From contig OZ246403.1 of assembly GCA_965230925.1 (NCBI GenBank), positions 266,455 through 330,454 on the forward strand: a stretch of 64,000 bases of DNA, given 5' to 3'. The DNA is from an uncultured Candidatus Saccharibacteria bacterium. Its GTDB lineage: Bacteria; Patescibacteriota; Minisyncoccia; Phycocordibacterales; JACOZG01. The notes beneath the pieces were generated by a model that was given only the letters and a program-made list of their open reading frames with translations, was not told where the DNA came from and made no database searches. This document shows, piece by piece, positions 63,632-64,000 of this stretch (position 1 is the first letter of the stretch; each line of letters starts with the position of its first letter). A program made the translations under genes and the position numbers.

Positions 63632-64000
63632 TTATTTCAACTCCACCTTACCGCCCGCCGCCTCGATCTCTTTCTTGATCTTCTCGGCGTCCTCCTTCTT
63701 TACGCCTTCTTTAAGCATAGCTGGGGCCGCATCTACCAAATCCTTAGCCTCCTTGAGACCAAGACCGAGAAGCTCCTTCACCACTTTAATAACCGCGATC
63801 TTCTGATCACCAGAGGCCTTAAGCTCCACATTGAAGCTGTCCTTCTCCTCAGCCGCCGGAGCCGCACCCGCACCTGGAGCCGCCATGGCGACTGCCTGGG
63901 CCGAGACACCAAACCGAGTTTCCAAGAACTTCACAAGCTCATGGAGATCGAGTACCGACATCTTCTCAATCGTTTCCACGACTGACTTGAACTTCTCAGG
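63632..64000 (-). CDS. rplL: 50S ribosomal protein L7/L12 (5' end outside the window)
   Basis: [31 protein letters not shown]; frame open to the window edge. Confidence 0.97.
   Translation of the reverse strand, partial: PEKFKSVVETIEKMSVLDLHELVKFLETRFGVSAQAVAMAAPGAGAAPAAEEKDSFNVELKASGDQKIAVIKVVKELLGLGLKEAKDLVDAAPAMLKEGVKKEDAEKIKKEIEAAGGKVELK

Overview
This 64-kb window comes from a small-genome bacterium, most likely Patescibacteria/CPR (Parcubacteria-like; inferred from truncated translation proteins, a diderm-free type IV pilus locus and typical orphan families). It uses the standard code (TGA = stop). Housekeeping genes include nusB, rpmF, rnhB, dnaE, thrS, gyrB, pheST, tsf, rpsB, prfA, rpmE, rplY, fba, groESL, lemA/htpX, rodA and rplL. 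The window also holds three tRNAs, a 23S-5S rRNA unit without 16S, a pilM-N-O-(P)-B-RR-T-C-pilin cluster with comF, a glycosylation cluster fused to three tandem pilins, and several large secreted adhesin/glycanase-like proteins. Main points the ORF track misses: (1) a NusB-NUDIX fusion; (2) a structured 143-bp element that duplicates the tRNA-Ser(GGA) 3' end next to a DUF4238 gene; (3) a class of Shine-Dalgarno-led orphan membrane mini-genes, one mimicking a prepilin N-terminus, against a largely leaderless background; (4) rnhB and dnaE overlapping head-to-head with promoters embedded in each other; (5) 24-bp palindromes sitting in frame inside genes; (6) an 18-aa Lys-rich micro-ORF. All calls come from reading the sequence; no database searches were run.
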